Counted from the first letter of the stretch, positions 17,992-28,482 are shown. The stretch: DNA of 64,000 nt from an uncultured bacterium (GCA_903908715.1 CAIVSY010000115.1:35-64034); one strand, 5' to 3'. The notes: a model not told the origin generated them from the sequence alone. Made by a program: numbers and translations.

Positions 17992-18981
17992 ATGACCAGA
18001 TGGCATCAATGGAGCGGACGGGTTCTCTCGGGTGAGCCGATCGGGCGGGATCAGGCGTTGGAACTGCTGCGGTCCGGCGATGATGAATTGCTGCCGTTGC
18101 TGGATGCGGCGTTTGCGATCCGGAAGCATTACTTCGGGCGCGATGTGACCCTGCACGTCATCCGTAACGCCAAGAGCGGGGCGTGCAGTGAGGATTGCGC
18201 GTATTGCAGCCAGTCGGCCTCGGCCAGTTCCGGAGTGGCCTGTTATTCCATGCAGACGGTAGAAAAGATTGTGGAAGGAGCCCGCGCCGCCAAGGCGATT
18301 GGCGCGTACCGGTACTGTGTTGTGGCCAGCGGTCGGGCCCCCGCCGGGCAGGAGTTGGACACGATTTGCGAGGCGGCCCGCAGGATCAAGAAGGAGATCC
18401 CCATCCAGCTATGCACATCCCTCGGATTGCTCGCGCCAGACCAGGCGCGGCGGCTCAAGGCGGCGGGAGTGGATCGGTACAACCATAACCTGGAGACTTC
18501 CGAGCGGCATTACGCGGCGATTTGCACCACCCATAGTTACGGGGATCGTGTGGATACGGCCCGGGCGGTCAAGGACGCAGGCCTGGAGTTGTGCAGTGGA
18601 GGGCTGATCGGCATGGGCGAGACGCTGGAAGATCGTGTGGATTTGGCTTTCGGTTTACGGCGGACCGGTGCGGATTCCATTCCGGTCAATTTCCTGGACC
18701 CCAGGCCGGGGACGGCTCTCCACTCACTGCCCCGGATCGGCGCAAGGGACGCCCTGCGCACTCTGGCCATGTTCCGTTTTGTGAACCCCGACCGGGAAAT
18801 CCGGATTGCCGGCGGGCGCGAGGCGTGCCTTGGCTCGATGCAAGTGCTCAGCCTCTATCCTGCCAACTCGATGTTCACGGAAGGCTATCTGACAACGGGT
18901 GGCCAGGGGAACGAGCACGACCGCAGGATGATTGAGGCGGCCGGATTCCGGATCGCCGGGATTACGGATACCGGGGAGTGA
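17992..18981 (+). CDS. bioB: Biotin synthase (radical SAM)
   Basis: 329 aa. CSEDCAYCSQS radical-SAM cluster motif and a BioB-like C-terminal half. Confidence 0.9.
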   Translation: MTRWHQWSGRVLSGEPIGRDQALELLRSGDDELLPLLDAAFAIRKHYFGRDVTLHVIRNAKSGACSEDCAYCSQSASASSGVACYSMQTVEKIVEGARAAKAIGAYRYCVVASGRAPAGQELDTICEAARRIKKEIPIQLCTSLGLLAPDQARRLKAAGVDRYNHNLETSERHYAAICTTHSYGDRVDTARAVKDAGLELCSGGLIGMGETLEDRVDLAFGLRRTGADSIPVNFLDPRPGTALHSLPRIGARDALRTLAMFRFVNPDREIRIAGGREACLGSMQVLSLYPANSMFTEGYLTTGGQGNEHDRRMIEAAGFRIAGITDTGE

Positions 18982-19814
18982 CCCTGATGAATGGACACGG
19001 TGGTGGAGCCCGCGAGGATGGGTGCAAGGCAGGCAGTCGGGTCGGCTGGCTTTTCCTGCTTTGCTGGCTCGTAGTCTCCTGTCTCATGGTCGGGTGCCGT
19101 ACCGTACGCCACGATGAAGTCTTCCAGAATTCCACGATTGATGCGTTGCTCGCGGGTGTGTTTGACGGAGACCTGACCTGCGGGGAATTGCTTCAGCATG
19201 GGGATTTCGGCATTGGGACCTTCGACGCACTGGATGGGGAGATGATCCTCGTTGACGGCAGGCTGCGTCAGGTGAAGGCCGATGGCAGAGTCTATGCGCC
19301 TTCGCACAAGGTGAAAACGCCGTTTGCCACCGTCTGTCATTTCCGGCCTGACGCGACATTCGACATGTCCGGCCCCATGGATTTTGGCGCCGTCGGGAAG
19401 GCGGTGGACCGCGTGGTGCCCAATTTGAACGTTTTCTGCGCGATCCGCATTGAGGGGCGCTTCAGGATGATGCGGACCCGGAGTGTCCCCAGGCAGCAGA
19501 AACCTTATCCCGCTCTGCCGGAGGTCGCACGCGTGCAGCCGGAGTTTCCGATGGAGAATGTCGAGGGAACCATTGTCGGGTTCCGTTGTCCTTCCTTTGT
19601 CAAAGGCGTGAATGTTCCCGGATACCACCTGCATTTCCTGTCTGCGGATGAGTCGCGGGGCGGGCATATCCTGGCGCTTGAACTCGAGGCCGGGCGATGT
19701 TCTGTGGATAGGCTCGACCGGTTCTGTCTGCGGTTGCCCGGAACGGTGACGGATTTTGCCACGACGGATCTGGCAAAGGACCGGGTCAAGGAACTTGAGT
19801 CTGTCGAGCGGTAA
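18978..19814 (+). CDS. Alpha-acetolactate decarboxylase with signal/lipoprotein leader; exact start uncertain
   Basis: Strong full-length similarity pattern to ALDC (STIDALLAGVFDGDLTCGELL...GDFGIGTFDALDGEMI...VPGYHLHFLSADESRGGHIL). Leader ...SCLMVGC. 4-nt overlap with the bioB stop. Confidence 0.8.
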   Translation: MTLMNGHGGGAREDGCKAGSRVGWLFLLCWLVVSCLMVGCRTVRHDEVFQNSTIDALLAGVFDGDLTCGELLQHGDFGIGTFDALDGEMILVDGRLRQVKADGRVYAPSHKVKTPFATVCHFRPDATFDMSGPMDFGAVGKAVDRVVPNLNVFCAIRIEGRFRMMRTRSVPRQQKPYPALPEVARVQPEFPMENVEGTIVGFRCPSFVKGVNVPGYHLHFLSADESRGGHILALELEAGRCSVDRLDRFCLRLPGTVTDFATTDLAKDRVKELESVER

Positions 19815-19873
19815 GCGCTTCAGGTGCGGCGGCGCTCGCGGCACCTGCGGCCGGGATTTCCTGCAACAGCGTC

Positions 19874-21178
19874 TTATGTTCCGAGGATAGCCAGGATGAT
19901 CCCGGCCGCCACAACCGAACCCACCTGGCCGGCCACATTCGCCCCGAGCGCGTGCATCAGTAGGAAGTTGTGCGGATCGGCTTCCAATCCGAGCTTGTTC
20001 GAGACTCGCGCCGCCATCGGGAACGCCGAGACGCCCGCCGAACCGATCAGCGGGTTCACCGGATTCCGGGGTGAAACCCAGTTCATGACCTTCGCGAAAA
20101 GCACCCCGCCCGCCGTGCCCAGCGAGAAGGCAAGCAGCCCGAGCAACAGGATGCCGAGCGTGTCAAGCCGGACAAACTTGTCGCCTGACATCTGCATTCC
20201 CACTCCCAACCCCAGGAAGACCGTGGCGATATTCATCAGTTCGTTCTGCAAGGTCCTGGATATGCGTTCGATCACTCCGCTTTCCTTGATGAAATTCCCG
20301 AACGCGAAACAGCCCATCAGCGGCAGGGCCGAGGGCAGCAGCAGGGCGCACAACGCCAGCACCAGCAACGGGAAGAGGGCTCTTTCGAGCTTGCTGACCG
20401 GGCGCACCTGCTTCATGACGATCCGGCGCTCCGCCTTTGTGGTCAGGAGTTTCATGATGGGCGGCTGAATCAGCGGCACGAGGGCCATGTAGGAGTATGC
20501 GGCCACGGCAATGGACCCCAGAAGATGCGGGGCAAACCGGGCTGACACATAGATCGAGGTTGGCCCGTCGGCTCCCCCGATGATCGCGATCGAACAGGCT
20601 TCCTTAAGACTGAAGTCGAACCAGGGCAGGGCATTCAGGGCCACGACGCCCATAAGCGTGCCGAACACGCCGAACTGCGCCGCCGCCCCCAGGATTGCCA
20701 CACGCGGGCTGGCCAGCAGCGGACCGAAGTCGGACAGCGCCCCGATCCCCATGAAAACGATCAGGGGCAACAGCTCGTTCTCAATGCCATGCCGGAAGAT
20801 GAGGCCGAGCAGTCCGTGCTCCGATCCCATTCCGGCGAAAGGTACGTTTACGAAAATCGTGCCGAAGCCGATCGGGACCAGCAACAGAGGCTCGAAGTCC
20901 TTGACGACTCCGAGGTATAACAATACCCCGCCGGCGATGATCATCAGCAACGCCTTCCAGCCACCCGCCAGGAGGAACCCGTAGAGCCCCGTGCTTTTCG
21001 ATACGCTCGCCAGTCCCTTGACGAACGAGACGGTTTCCCCCGCCGCCCCGGCGGCCACTGGCGTACCCGCTTCAGGACCGGCGGCGAAGGCCGTCTGCAA
21101 AGCTCCGAGTCCGCCCAGCAGCAACAGGCCCGCGGCCATGCATAACACCGTTTTCCGCAATGTCAGCTTTGTATTCAT
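19874..21178 (-). CDS. oadB: Na+-translocating decarboxylase beta subunit (OadB family)
   Basis: 434 aa polytopic membrane protein. Conserved OadB/GcdB/MmdB regions ([22 protein letters not shown]). Confidence 0.85.
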   Translation of the reverse strand: MNTKLTLRKTVLCMAAGLLLLGGLGALQTAFAAGPEAGTPVAAGAAGETVSFVKGLASVSKSTGLYGFLLAGGWKALLMIIAGGVLLYLGVVKDFEPLLLVPIGFGTIFVNVPFAGMGSEHGLLGLIFRHGIENELLPLIVFMGIGALSDFGPLLASPRVAILGAAAQFGVFGTLMGVVALNALPWFDFSLKEACSIAIIGGADGPTSIYVSARFAPHLLGSIAVAAYSYMALVPLIQPPIMKLLTTKAERRIVMKQVRPVSKLERALFPLLVLALCALLLPSALPLMGCFAFGNFIKESGVIERISRTLQNELMNIATVFLGLGVGMQMSGDKFVRLDTLGILLLGLLAFSLGTAGGVLFAKVMNWVSPRNPVNPLIGSAGVSAFPMAARVSNKLGLEADPHNFLLMHALGANVAGQVGSVVAAGIILAILGT

Positions 21179-21185
21179 GCCGTCA

Positions 21186-22976
21186 TCACCCTACGATTGC
21201 CAGGACTTGATCGGCCTTCACGGCAGTTCCAGCCTGCACCTTGAAGGTGACTGTGCCGGCCGCCCGACATTTGACCTCGAGTTGCATCTTCATGGCCTCC
21301 ATGACCAGCAACGTCGCCCCCGCTTGCACACGTTCCCCTTCTTCGCAGGTCAGGCGCAAAACGTCCCCGGGCATGGGGGCCAGAACCTTTTCGGAGGCTG
21401 CCGAAGCCGCCGTTGCCGTCGGTGCGGAAGGGGTGGATTCGCCGGCAGCCGGCTCAACGGCCACCTCGTAAGCCAGGCCATCGACCTCGAGGACGGCTGT
21501 GCCGCCTTCCTTGCCGGCCTTGCGGGCCACGGAATAGGTCTTCCCGTTGACGGCAACCTTGAAGCGACCGCTCCCCCCTGCGGCTGCGGGTTTTGCGGCC
21601 GGCTCAGGCGCCTCGAACGTGACAGGGCCCTTGTGGCGGCGCCCGAAAAACTGCAACGCCACCTGCGGGAACATGGCGTAGGTCAACACATCCTCCACCG
21701 GCACATGTGCGGCCTGGAGCTTGTGTTTCAATTCATCCTCGATCCTGCCCAGCTCGTTGGGGATCTCGTCCGCGGGCCGCCGGGTTACCGGCGCGTCCAG
21801 TTTCAGTTCAACCAGAGCCTGCCGGACCAGCTTTGGATCCGGCTCCGCGGGAGTGCGCCCGTAGCGGCCGGCGAGCAGGTCGCGCGACTCGGCCGTGAGG
21901 CGGGAATACCGCCCGAACAGTACGTTGAACAACGCCTGGGTCCCGACGATCTGCGAAGTGGGCGTGACCAGAGGAGGGTATCCGAAATCCCGCTGCACGA
22001 CTGCGACCTCGTCGAGTACGGCGTCGAGCTTGTCTTCGGCTTTCTGCTCGCGCAACTGGTTCTCCAGGTTGGAGAGCATTCCTCCAGGCACCTGCGCCGT
22101 CAGGATGCGGGTATCGGCTCCGAGAAACGAGGACTCGAACTGGCGGTATTTCCTGCGCACGGTCCGGAAACAGGCGGCCAGTTCGGCCAGCACTTTGAGG
22201 TCCAATCCCGTGTCATATTCCGTGCCGCACAGGATCTCGACCATCGTCTCGGTCGGCGAGTGGCTGGTGCCCATGGCAAGCGAGGAGATGGCTGTATCGA
22301 TGCGGTCGGCACCCGCCTCGATTCCCTTAAGAAGTGTGCCGACAGACATCCCCGTGGTGGCGTGCGTATGCAACTGGACCGGGAGGCCAACAATCTTCTT
22401 GAGGGTTGTCACCAGAGTGAAGGCGTCGTATGGCTTGAGCAGGCCGGCCATATCCTTGATGCACAATGAATCGGCGCCCATGGCTTTGAACTCCGCCGCC
22501 AGCCCCACATAGGCGTCCAGTGTATGCACGGGACTGGTGGCATAGCTGATTGTCGCCTGTGCGTGCTTGCCGGCCTTTTTCACCGCCCGGATCGAGGTCT
22601 CCAGGTTACGGGGGTCGTTCAGTGCGTCGAAAATGCGGAAAACATCCACGCCATGCCGGGCGGCGCAGGCGACAAATGCCTCCACCACGTCGTCGGCGTA
22701 ATGACGGTAACCCAGCAGGTTCTGGCCGCGCAGGAGCATCTGTTGCGGTGTGTTGGGCATGACTGCCTTGAGCTGCTGCAAACGGTCCCATGGATCCTCG
22801 TTCAGGAAACGGATGCAGGTGTCATACGTGGCGCCGCCCCAGGTCTCGACCGACCAGAAACCGGCCTGATCCATCCGGCTGCCCACCGGGATCATGTCCG
22901 CCGTCAGCATGCGTGTGGCAAACAAGGACTGATGAGCATCCCGCAGTGCCACATCTGTGATTCCCACTTTTCCCAT
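21186..22976 (-). CDS. oadA: Oxaloacetate (or related) decarboxylase alpha subunit: carboxyltransferase 5S domain plus C-terminal biotinyl domain
   Basis: 596 aa. N-terminal [11 protein letters not shown] carboxyltransferase region (the MGKVGIT stretch is only the start). C-terminal biotinylation motif EAMKMQ. Confidence 0.85.
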   Translation of the reverse strand: MGKVGITDVALRDAHQSLFATRMLTADMIPVGSRMDQAGFWSVETWGGATYDTCIRFLNEDPWDRLQQLKAVMPNTPQQMLLRGQNLLGYRHYADDVVEAFVACAARHGVDVFRIFDALNDPRNLETSIRAVKKAGKHAQATISYATSPVHTLDAYVGLAAEFKAMGADSLCIKDMAGLLKPYDAFTLVTTLKKIVGLPVQLHTHATTGMSVGTLLKGIEAGADRIDTAISSLAMGTSHSPTETMVEILCGTEYDTGLDLKVLAELAACFRTVRRKYRQFESSFLGADTRILTAQVPGGMLSNLENQLREQKAEDKLDAVLDEVAVVQRDFGYPPLVTPTSQIVGTQALFNVLFGRYSRLTAESRDLLAGRYGRTPAEPDPKLVRQALVELKLDAPVTRRPADEIPNELGRIEDELKHKLQAAHVPVEDVLTYAMFPQVALQFFGRRHKGPVTFEAPEPAAKPAAAGGSGRFKVAVNGKTYSVARKAGKEGGTAVLEVDGLAYEVAVEPAAGESTPSAPTATAASAASEKVLAPMPGDVLRLTCEEGERVQAGATLLVMEAMKMQLEVKCRAAGTVTFKVQAGTAVKADQVLAIVG

Positions 22977-22979
22977 GGA

Positions 22980-23195
22980 TTACTCCTTGCGGCTGGCTGC
23001 CGCAGTTTCCGCATGCAGCGCCACGGCGATCGCCGCGAGCGCCTCCGGATTGATTTCTTCGCTTTCTTCCGCCGATTCCAGCCCGCGGGCCAGCCGGGCC
23101 GCTCCCTGTACGCAAAAAATCACAACCGCCAGGAACGCAAACACGAGGCCCATGCCCAGGGTCATGATGGTAAATGCCTGCCTGAATAGTTCCAT
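22980..23195 (-). CDS. oadG: Decarboxylase gamma subunit (OadG family small membrane anchor)
   Basis: 71 aa with a single transmembrane helix (TLGMGLVFAFLAVVIF) and an acidic C-terminus. Its stop overlaps the oadA start. Confidence 0.7.
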   Translation of the reverse strand: MELFRQAFTIMTLGMGLVFAFLAVVIFCVQGAARLARGLESAEESEEINPEALAAIAVALHAETAAASRKE

Positions 23196-23317
23196 GATAC
23201 CCTCCGCCCGATTTTCAAAGGAGCGCTAATTATGACGGAGACCATTCCGCCCCGCAAGCAGAACCGGAAAAAACCGACTCGCCCGGTCCCCGGAGGCGCA
23301 TTCCCTGCAGGGATGGA

Positions 23318-24082
23318 TCACGGGACGCGGCGGCGCTCGCGGGCCCAGACGAGCCAGATGCAGAGCTCGTGCAGGGCGATGAGCGGAATGGCCAGCAGGA
23401 GCTGGCTGAACGGGTCCTGAGTCGGAGTGATGACCATGGCCAGGATCAGGATCAGGACAATGGCGTGACGCCGTGTGCGTCGGAGCTGGGCTGATGTAAC
23501 CAATCCCAGATGTCCGAGCACGAGCAGGACCACGGGCAATTCAAATGTCAGGCCGAAGCTCAGCAGGAGCTTCAGCACAAATCCGACATAGCTGGTCACC
23601 AGGAAGTATTCCACCTTGAATCCGAGCCATTCATTGAACCAGAGCATGATCCGCAGGGCCGGTGTGAGGGCCAGGAAGTAGCCCATCAGGACTCCGCCGA
23701 TGAACAGTGCAAGGGCGAACAGGATTCCACCCAGAACTGTTCTCCGCTCGCGCGGGGTAAGGCCGGGAAAGACAAACCAGGCGATCGCGGCCAGAATGAC
23801 CGGGGCGCTGAAGAGCAGGCCGCCCCAGAAAACCGTCTGCATCGCCACGGAAACCCCGCCGGTGACGTCGATGTTGCGCAGAAAGGTTTCGGGATCCTCC
23901 ACCACGCCCCGGAGCGGCGCCTTGATCAGGCGGAAAATCGCGGGAGCGAACCGGAGGGCGACGAGCATGCCCGCCAGCAAGGCGGCCAGGGACCAGATGA
24001 ATGCGCGGCGCAGGTCGTCGAGGTGTTCCAGGATCGGTTTGACCGGCCATTCCCGGCCTTCGGTTTCATCCGGCAAAGTCAC
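23318..24082 (-). CDS. tatC: Sec-independent (twin-arginine) translocase subunit TatC; likely GTG start preceded by AAGGAG and overlapping the tatA 3' end
   Basis: Six transmembrane helices. N-terminal ILEHLDDLRR is a TatC signature. The annotated ATG would overlap tatA by about 80 nt, so an internal GTG was chosen. Confidence 0.8.
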   Translation of the reverse strand: MTLPDETEGREWPVKPILEHLDDLRRAFIWSLAALLAGMLVALRFAPAIFRLIKAPLRGVVEDPETFLRNIDVTGGVSVAMQTVFWGGLLFSAPVILAAIAWFVFPGLTPRERRTVLGGILFALALFIGGVLMGYFLALTPALRIMLWFNEWLGFKVEYFLVTSYVGFVLKLLLSFGLTFELPVVLLVLGHLGLVTSAQLRRTRRHAIVLILILAMVITPTQDPFSQLLLAIPLIALHELCIWLVWARERRRVP

Positions 24083-24332
24083 GGGGCGGTGGCTCCTTCG
24101 GTGGCTGTTTGGAATCCGGAGATTCCGGTTCCTCGGGATGGGTTTCATCGGCGTGGAGGACCTGATCCTTGAAGTCCTGGGAAGCCTTGCGCAAATCGGA
24201 AACCGTCCGGCTCACGGTCCGTGCAATTGATGGCAGGCGTTTACCTCCGAACAGGAGCAGGATCGCGGCAAAGACGACCAGGAGTTCGCCGCCGCCGACA
24301 TCGCCGAACAGGCCTAGGGGAAGCAGGTTCAT
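24066..24332 (-). CDS. tatA: Twin-arginine translocase subunit TatA/E
   Basis: 88 aa. N-terminal transmembrane helix plus amphipathic helix, ...LLFGGKRLPSIARTVSRTVSDLRKA. Confidence 0.8.
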   Translation of the reverse strand: MNLLPLGLFGDVGGGELLVVFAAILLLFGGKRLPSIARTVSRTVSDLRKASQDFKDQVLHADETHPEEPESPDSKQPPKEPPPRDFAG

Positions 24333-24447
24333 TCCTGGTACAAGGTAGCGATTCCCGCGTGGATATTCACGCTATTTCGCACAGTGTTGCGGCATCGGGG
24401 TGAGTGGGCGGGCCGCCCGACACATCCGCCGGGCTGTCCGCGGACAT

Positions 24448-24472
24448 AAAAAAAGCCCCGGTTTCCCGGGGC
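24448..24472 (-). terminator. Rho-independent terminator downstream of pal on the minus strand (gccccgg-gaaa-ccggggc followed by T7 on the minus strand)
   Basis: On the plus strand this reads aaaaaaagccccggtttcccggggc at 24448-24472. Confidence 0.75.
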
Positions 24473-24495
24473 TTCGCTGTACCGACACTCTGCGT

Positions 24496-25032
24496 TTACT
24501 TCACCACGACGAACTCGACGCGGCGGTTCACACTCCAGGCCGCTTCGTCATGTCCCTGATCCTTGGGCTGCTCTTCGCCAAGGCTCTTAGTCTGGACACG
24601 GGCGCCATCGATGCCGAGGCTCATGAGGTAGGCGCGCACGGACAGGGCGCGGCGCTCGCCGAGCGACATATTGTACTCGTTGCTTCCGCGCTCATCGCAA
24701 TGGCCTTCGAGGGTCACCATGCTGGAGGCGTTGCCCTTCAGGAATTCGGCTACGGCTTCGACCTTGGCGCGTTCAGTGTCGTCCACCTGGGCGCTGTCGT
24801 AGGCGAAGCGGACGGATTCAAACTGGCCGGCAACCAGGCTCTTGTCGTCGAATGCGCCGCGATCGGGCAGGGTGCTGCCTTCACCCAGGAGGCCGGGTCC
24901 GCTAACCATGTCGGACGGGGGCAGGCCGGAGGTTGAGCTCTTCTTGCCGAACCAACGCTTGCAGCCGGTAGATGCGACCGCCATTGCACAAACCAGGATT
25001 GCCACGCAGATTGTACGAATATTCATCTTCAT
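24496..25032 (-). CDS. pal: Peptidoglycan-associated lipoprotein Pal (OmpA-like domain)
   Basis: Lipobox AVASTGC. C-terminal LEGHCDERGSNEYNMSLGERRALSVRAYL...NRRVEF is an OmpA_C domain. Last gene of the tol-pal operon. Confidence 0.85.
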   Translation of the reverse strand: MKMNIRTICVAILVCAMAVASTGCKRWFGKKSSTSGLPPSDMVSGPGLLGEGSTLPDRGAFDDKSLVAGQFESVRFAYDSAQVDDTERAKVEAVAEFLKGNASSMVTLEGHCDERGSNEYNMSLGERRALSVRAYLMSLGIDGARVQTKSLGEEQPKDQGHDEAAWSVNRRVEFVVVK

Positions 25033-25058
25033 TCCGCCTTGTTATTAAAAGATCTTTG

Positions 25059-26309
25059 TTACTGAGCCGACCATGCCGGGGAAAACCAATTCCCATCATT
25101 GGGGGTCAAACATACGGGCGGGTCTCCCATGGTGTCAAGCATATATATTCGGCTTGAACGTCCGTCCTGCCGTGTGCAGACAATATGGCGCCCGTCGGAA
25201 GCCCAGGCGGGATCCTCGTAGTGAGTGTCGTCGGGACTGATCTGCCGTTCCTCGAGGGTGGAGGGGTGGATGATGTAGATGCCGTAGCGACCTCCGCGGC
25301 GGCTGCAGAAGGTAATCCAACCGTTGGCTCCCCAGTCGGGCGCCACATTTTCGCGGCCGCGTGCGGTCAGCCGCCTGCCGTTGCCGGAACGATTCATTAC
25401 GTAGACCTGGGGGGACCCCGGGCCTGCGAGGTCGGAAACGTAGGCGATCTGGGAGCCGTCGGGGGACCAGACCGGGCTGGCTTCCCCGGCGCGTGGCGTA
25501 TGGGTCAGCCTGTTGAGCCGTCCGGAAGCGAGATCCTTCAGGTACACTTCCGGGTTGCCGTCCTTTGAAAGGATCATGAGCGCCTCATTACCGCGCGGGG
25601 AAAGGCCGCCGGCCATGTTGATCCCCGGGTAATTGGCGATGCAGTTGCGCGCGCCGGACCGGAGGTCGATAAGGTAGATGTCGGGATAGCCGCGGCGGAA
25701 GGAGGTGTAGGCCACATGCGTGCCCGAAGCCGACCAATAGGGGGAAAGGCTGATGGACTTGTCTGCCGTGATCTGCCGGAGGTTACCTCCGTCAAAGTCG
25801 CACAGGTACACTTCCTTGTTGCCGGTCCGGTTGCCGACCATGACGATGCGTCCTGAACAGATGCCCCGGAATCCCTTAATGGCCATGATGATGTCATCGG
25901 CCGCCTTATGGGCCATCCGGCGGACGTTGGCCGCAGTATCGCTGTAGGTCTTGTTCATCACGACCTGTGACTGTGAGAGACTGGCAACCTGGCACTGGGC
26001 CGAAAGGGATCCGCCGCGGTCGTTGCAGGTGCCTGTGACTGCATAACTGGCGGGCCGTGACAGGGAAAACCAGCCGGAGCGGCGAAGATCCGATTCGAGG
26101 GTCTGGCGGAAAAGAGCGCCTGCGGATCCGGGGGCGCTGATGCCGGAGAGGTCCAGGCTGATCTTGGCGCCGCCGTCCTTTGACACCACGATTTCCTGCG
26201 CGGTGATGGGAAGGGCGAGCAGGGTGAGGAGGGCGAGTCCCGGCAGAAACCGGCGGAAGCGGTGCGGGAATGCCGTGCGTGAGAAGAGAGGCCTGCCTGT
26301 CGTTTTCAT
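25059..26309 (-). CDS. tolB: Tol-Pal system beta-propeller protein TolB
   Basis: About 416 aa from an internal ATG with AGGAG RBS. N-terminal TolB domain plus repeated PxWSPDG beta-propeller blades. Confidence 0.85.
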   Translation of the reverse strand: MKTTGRPLFSRTAFPHRFRRFLPGLALLTLLALPITAQEIVVSKDGGAKISLDLSGISAPGSAGALFRQTLESDLRRSGWFSLSRPASYAVTGTCNDRGGSLSAQCQVASLSQSQVVMNKTYSDTAANVRRMAHKAADDIIMAIKGFRGICSGRIVMVGNRTGNKEVYLCDFDGGNLRQITADKSISLSPYWSASGTHVAYTSFRRGYPDIYLIDLRSGARNCIANYPGINMAGGLSPRGNEALMILSKDGNPEVYLKDLASGRLNRLTHTPRAGEASPVWSPDGSQIAYVSDLAGPGSPQVYVMNRSGNGRRLTARGRENVAPDWGANGWITFCSRRGGRYGIYIIHPSTLEERQISPDDTHYEDPAWASDGRHIVCTRQDGRSSRIYMLDTMGDPPVCLTPNDGNWFSPAWSAQ

Positions 26310-26356
26310 TCGTGATGGCTCCTGGATTCTGTTTGATTCGCCGTGCATTGTGCGGA

Positions 26357-27148
26357 TCAGCGGCCGCCTGTCAATTCAAACGCCACGGTGATCCGCCGGT
26401 GCGAAAGGAAGAACTCGGCCGGAACGCCGCTGATGCGGCGGACCGATCGGGCGGCCCGCAGTACGGATTCGTCCATCGTTGAATTGCCGGATGGGCCGGT
26501 CAGCCGGCTGCTGCTGATGCCGCCATCCGGGCTGAAGGAAAACTCCACCCGTGTCACAAGTCCGGCGATTCCGAGGGAAGTCGGCTGATCCCAGGCGCGG
26601 TACATGGCCTGCTTGACGACGTCCAGGTAGACCAGTTCCCGGGTTGCTGGGTTTCCGTTCCCGAACCTGGAGTCGGAATTCAACAGGCGGCGCACGTCGG
26701 CGTCCGAGAGAGAGGCCTTGTTGCCGATCTTCGTGCCACGGTCGAGGAGGCGCTGGATCTCGGCCGCGGTCAGTTTCGTCTTGGAGGTCTTGTTGCGCCG
26801 GACCAGTTTCTTGCTGACCTCGATCTTGGGCTTCGGCGGTTTCTTGACTTCCGGTTTTGGGACGGGCTTCTTGACTTCCGGTTTCTTCTCCGGTTTCTTA
26901 TCCGGCTCGGGGATGTCATCCTTGTCCGGCTCCGGTTCCGGCGGGGTGGTTTCCTCCTCTTTCGGCTCCGGCTTGTCGTCCTCCAGGTCGGAGGGGGCTT
27001 CGACGATCAGTTCCATCGGCATGGTGATGTCCGACGGCCGGCTGCATCCCTTGAACAGGGCGACCACAAGAATGGCGGAAATCAGGATGCCATGGACGGT
27101 GGTGGCCAGCAGCAGGTGGCCGCTGTATCCTGGTGGACGGGCGCTCAT
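26357..27148 (-). CDS. tolA: TolA-like protein: N-terminal transmembrane anchor, Pro/Glu/Lys-rich spacer, C-terminal TonB/TolA-C domain
   Basis: 263 aa. Spacer PEPKEEETTPPEPEPDKDDIPEPDKKPEKKPEVKKP. C-terminal domain. Its start overlaps the tolR stop by 4 nt. Confidence 0.65.
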   Translation of the reverse strand: MSARPPGYSGHLLLATTVHGILISAILVVALFKGCSRPSDITMPMELIVEAPSDLEDDKPEPKEEETTPPEPEPDKDDIPEPDKKPEKKPEVKKPVPKPEVKKPPKPKIEVSKKLVRRNKTSKTKLTAAEIQRLLDRGTKIGNKASLSDADVRRLLNSDSRFGNGNPATRELVYLDVVKQAMYRAWDQPTSLGIAGLVTRVEFSFSPDGGISSSRLTGPSGNSTMDESVLRAARSVRRISGVPAEFFLSHRRITVAFELTGGR

Positions 27149-27564
27149 CGCTTGCGGGTATCGGGTTGCGTGACGAGGGCCATGCGTGCCAGTTTGGCCT
27201 CATGGAGAACCTGGAGCACCGCGACGAGGCGGCCGTAGGGGATGGTCTCGTCGGCGCGGACGAGGATGACGGTGTTGGGCGCCTTGCTGCCGAGTGCCTT
27301 CATATCGGCGGTGAACTTCTCCATGGAGCAGGCGAGGTCATCCACATAGATGGTGCCCCGCGCATCCAGGGAGATCGTGTGCTTGTCCTTGGTGGGGAGA
27401 TCGGCGGCCTTCTTTCCGCGCGGCAGGTTCACGGGAATGCCGGTCTGGACCAGCGGGAATGTGATCACGAAGGTGATCAGAAGCAGGAAGGTCAGGTCGA
27501 TCAGCGGGGTCAGGTTGATCTCGCCGATCGGATGCTGCAGACGTGCGGTTGCCTTGCGTGCCAC
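27145..27564 (-). CDS. tolR: TolR/ExbD-family protein
   Basis: 139 aa. EINLTPLIDLTFLLLITFVIT transmembrane signature. Confidence 0.8.
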   Translation of the reverse strand: MARKATARLQHPIGEINLTPLIDLTFLLLITFVITFPLVQTGIPVNLPRGKKAADLPTKDKHTISLDARGTIYVDDLACSMEKFTADMKALGSKAPNTVILVRADETIPYGRLVAVLQVLHEAKLARMALVTQPDTRKR

Positions 27565-27576
27565 GGGCGTTCCTTG

Positions 27577-28326
27577 TTATTCGGGCCGGCTGATGAAGGC
27601 CCGCTCGATGTCGTTGGTGAATTCCTCGGCGAAGTTATCCATCGCCAGGCAGATGCGTTTCATCTGGTTGGTCAGCAGGTTGTAGCCGATCAGCGAAGGC
27701 AGGGCGACGAGCAGGCCGACGACGGTCGTCAGGAGCGCGCCGGAAATGCCGGGGGCCACTTCCGAGAGGGTCACGGTTCCGCTGGCGGCCATGGCCTTGA
27801 AGGCGTCCATGACGCCCCAGACGGTGCCCAGGAGGCCGAGGAACGGGGCGGCGGTGACGGCGGTGGCCAGCAGGCCCATATCCTCCTCCAGGATGGCACC
27901 CAGATCCATGGCGGTGCGCTCCGCCAGTTTGCGGGCGGTATTGATCTCGAACGGGCTGATCTTCAGGGAGCCGAGGCTTGACGAGGTCCCGGCCAGCAGA
28001 TCGCTTGCGCGGGTTCGCGAACTCGCGTCGGTCATGACCGCCTCGCAGGCTTGGACGTAGATGGCGGCGAGCGGCCCCTCATACTTTCGTCCCTGCAAGT
28101 ATAGCGCGAAGGGGTGGTTTTCGCGGCGGTAAGCGGCAAGGAACCGGCGGGCATCCTCGCGGGCTTTCCGGAACTCGCGGGTCTTCGCCATCATGATTGA
28201 CCAGGCGAAGATCGATCCGACGACGAGCAGGATGACGACTGCCTTTCCGAACCAGTCGGAAGTGGAGAATGAATAGATGACGGTCGAGGCGAAGTTCGCC
28301 TGGATCAGGCCGGGAACGGGTATCAT
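27577..28326 (-). CDS. tolQ: TolQ/ExbB-family protein
   Basis: 249 aa with three transmembrane helices. Motif LGLLGTVWGVMDAF...VAPGISGALLTTVVGLLVALP. Confidence 0.8.
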   Translation of the reverse strand: MIPVPGLIQANFASTVIYSFSTSDWFGKAVVILLVVGSIFAWSIMMAKTREFRKAREDARRFLAAYRRENHPFALYLQGRKYEGPLAAIYVQACEAVMTDASSRTRASDLLAGTSSSLGSLKISPFEINTARKLAERTAMDLGAILEEDMGLLATAVTAAPFLGLLGTVWGVMDAFKAMAASGTVTLSEVAPGISGALLTTVVGLLVALPSLIGYNLLTNQMKRICLAMDNFAEEFTNDIERAFISRPE

Positions 28327-28482
28327 GGGTACTCCTCAAACGCTTGCATCATTGCGTGTGGAAGACTACCGTAAGGCAGGATACGGGTCAAAAAAATTGA
28401 TGCAGGCCGTAAGCGCAGGCGGGCGGACCTGTTGCCGGCCCCTCCTTGCAGGTGCCCGTTGTCCGGACCAAAAAATAATCTA

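Noticed and set aside
18978-19080. Lipoprotein-type leader on alpha-acetolactate decarboxylase flagged as anomalous
   Set aside because: Secreted ALDC with signal peptides is known (Bacillus/Brevibacillus type), so a leader is not unusual in itself. Only the exact start is uncertain.
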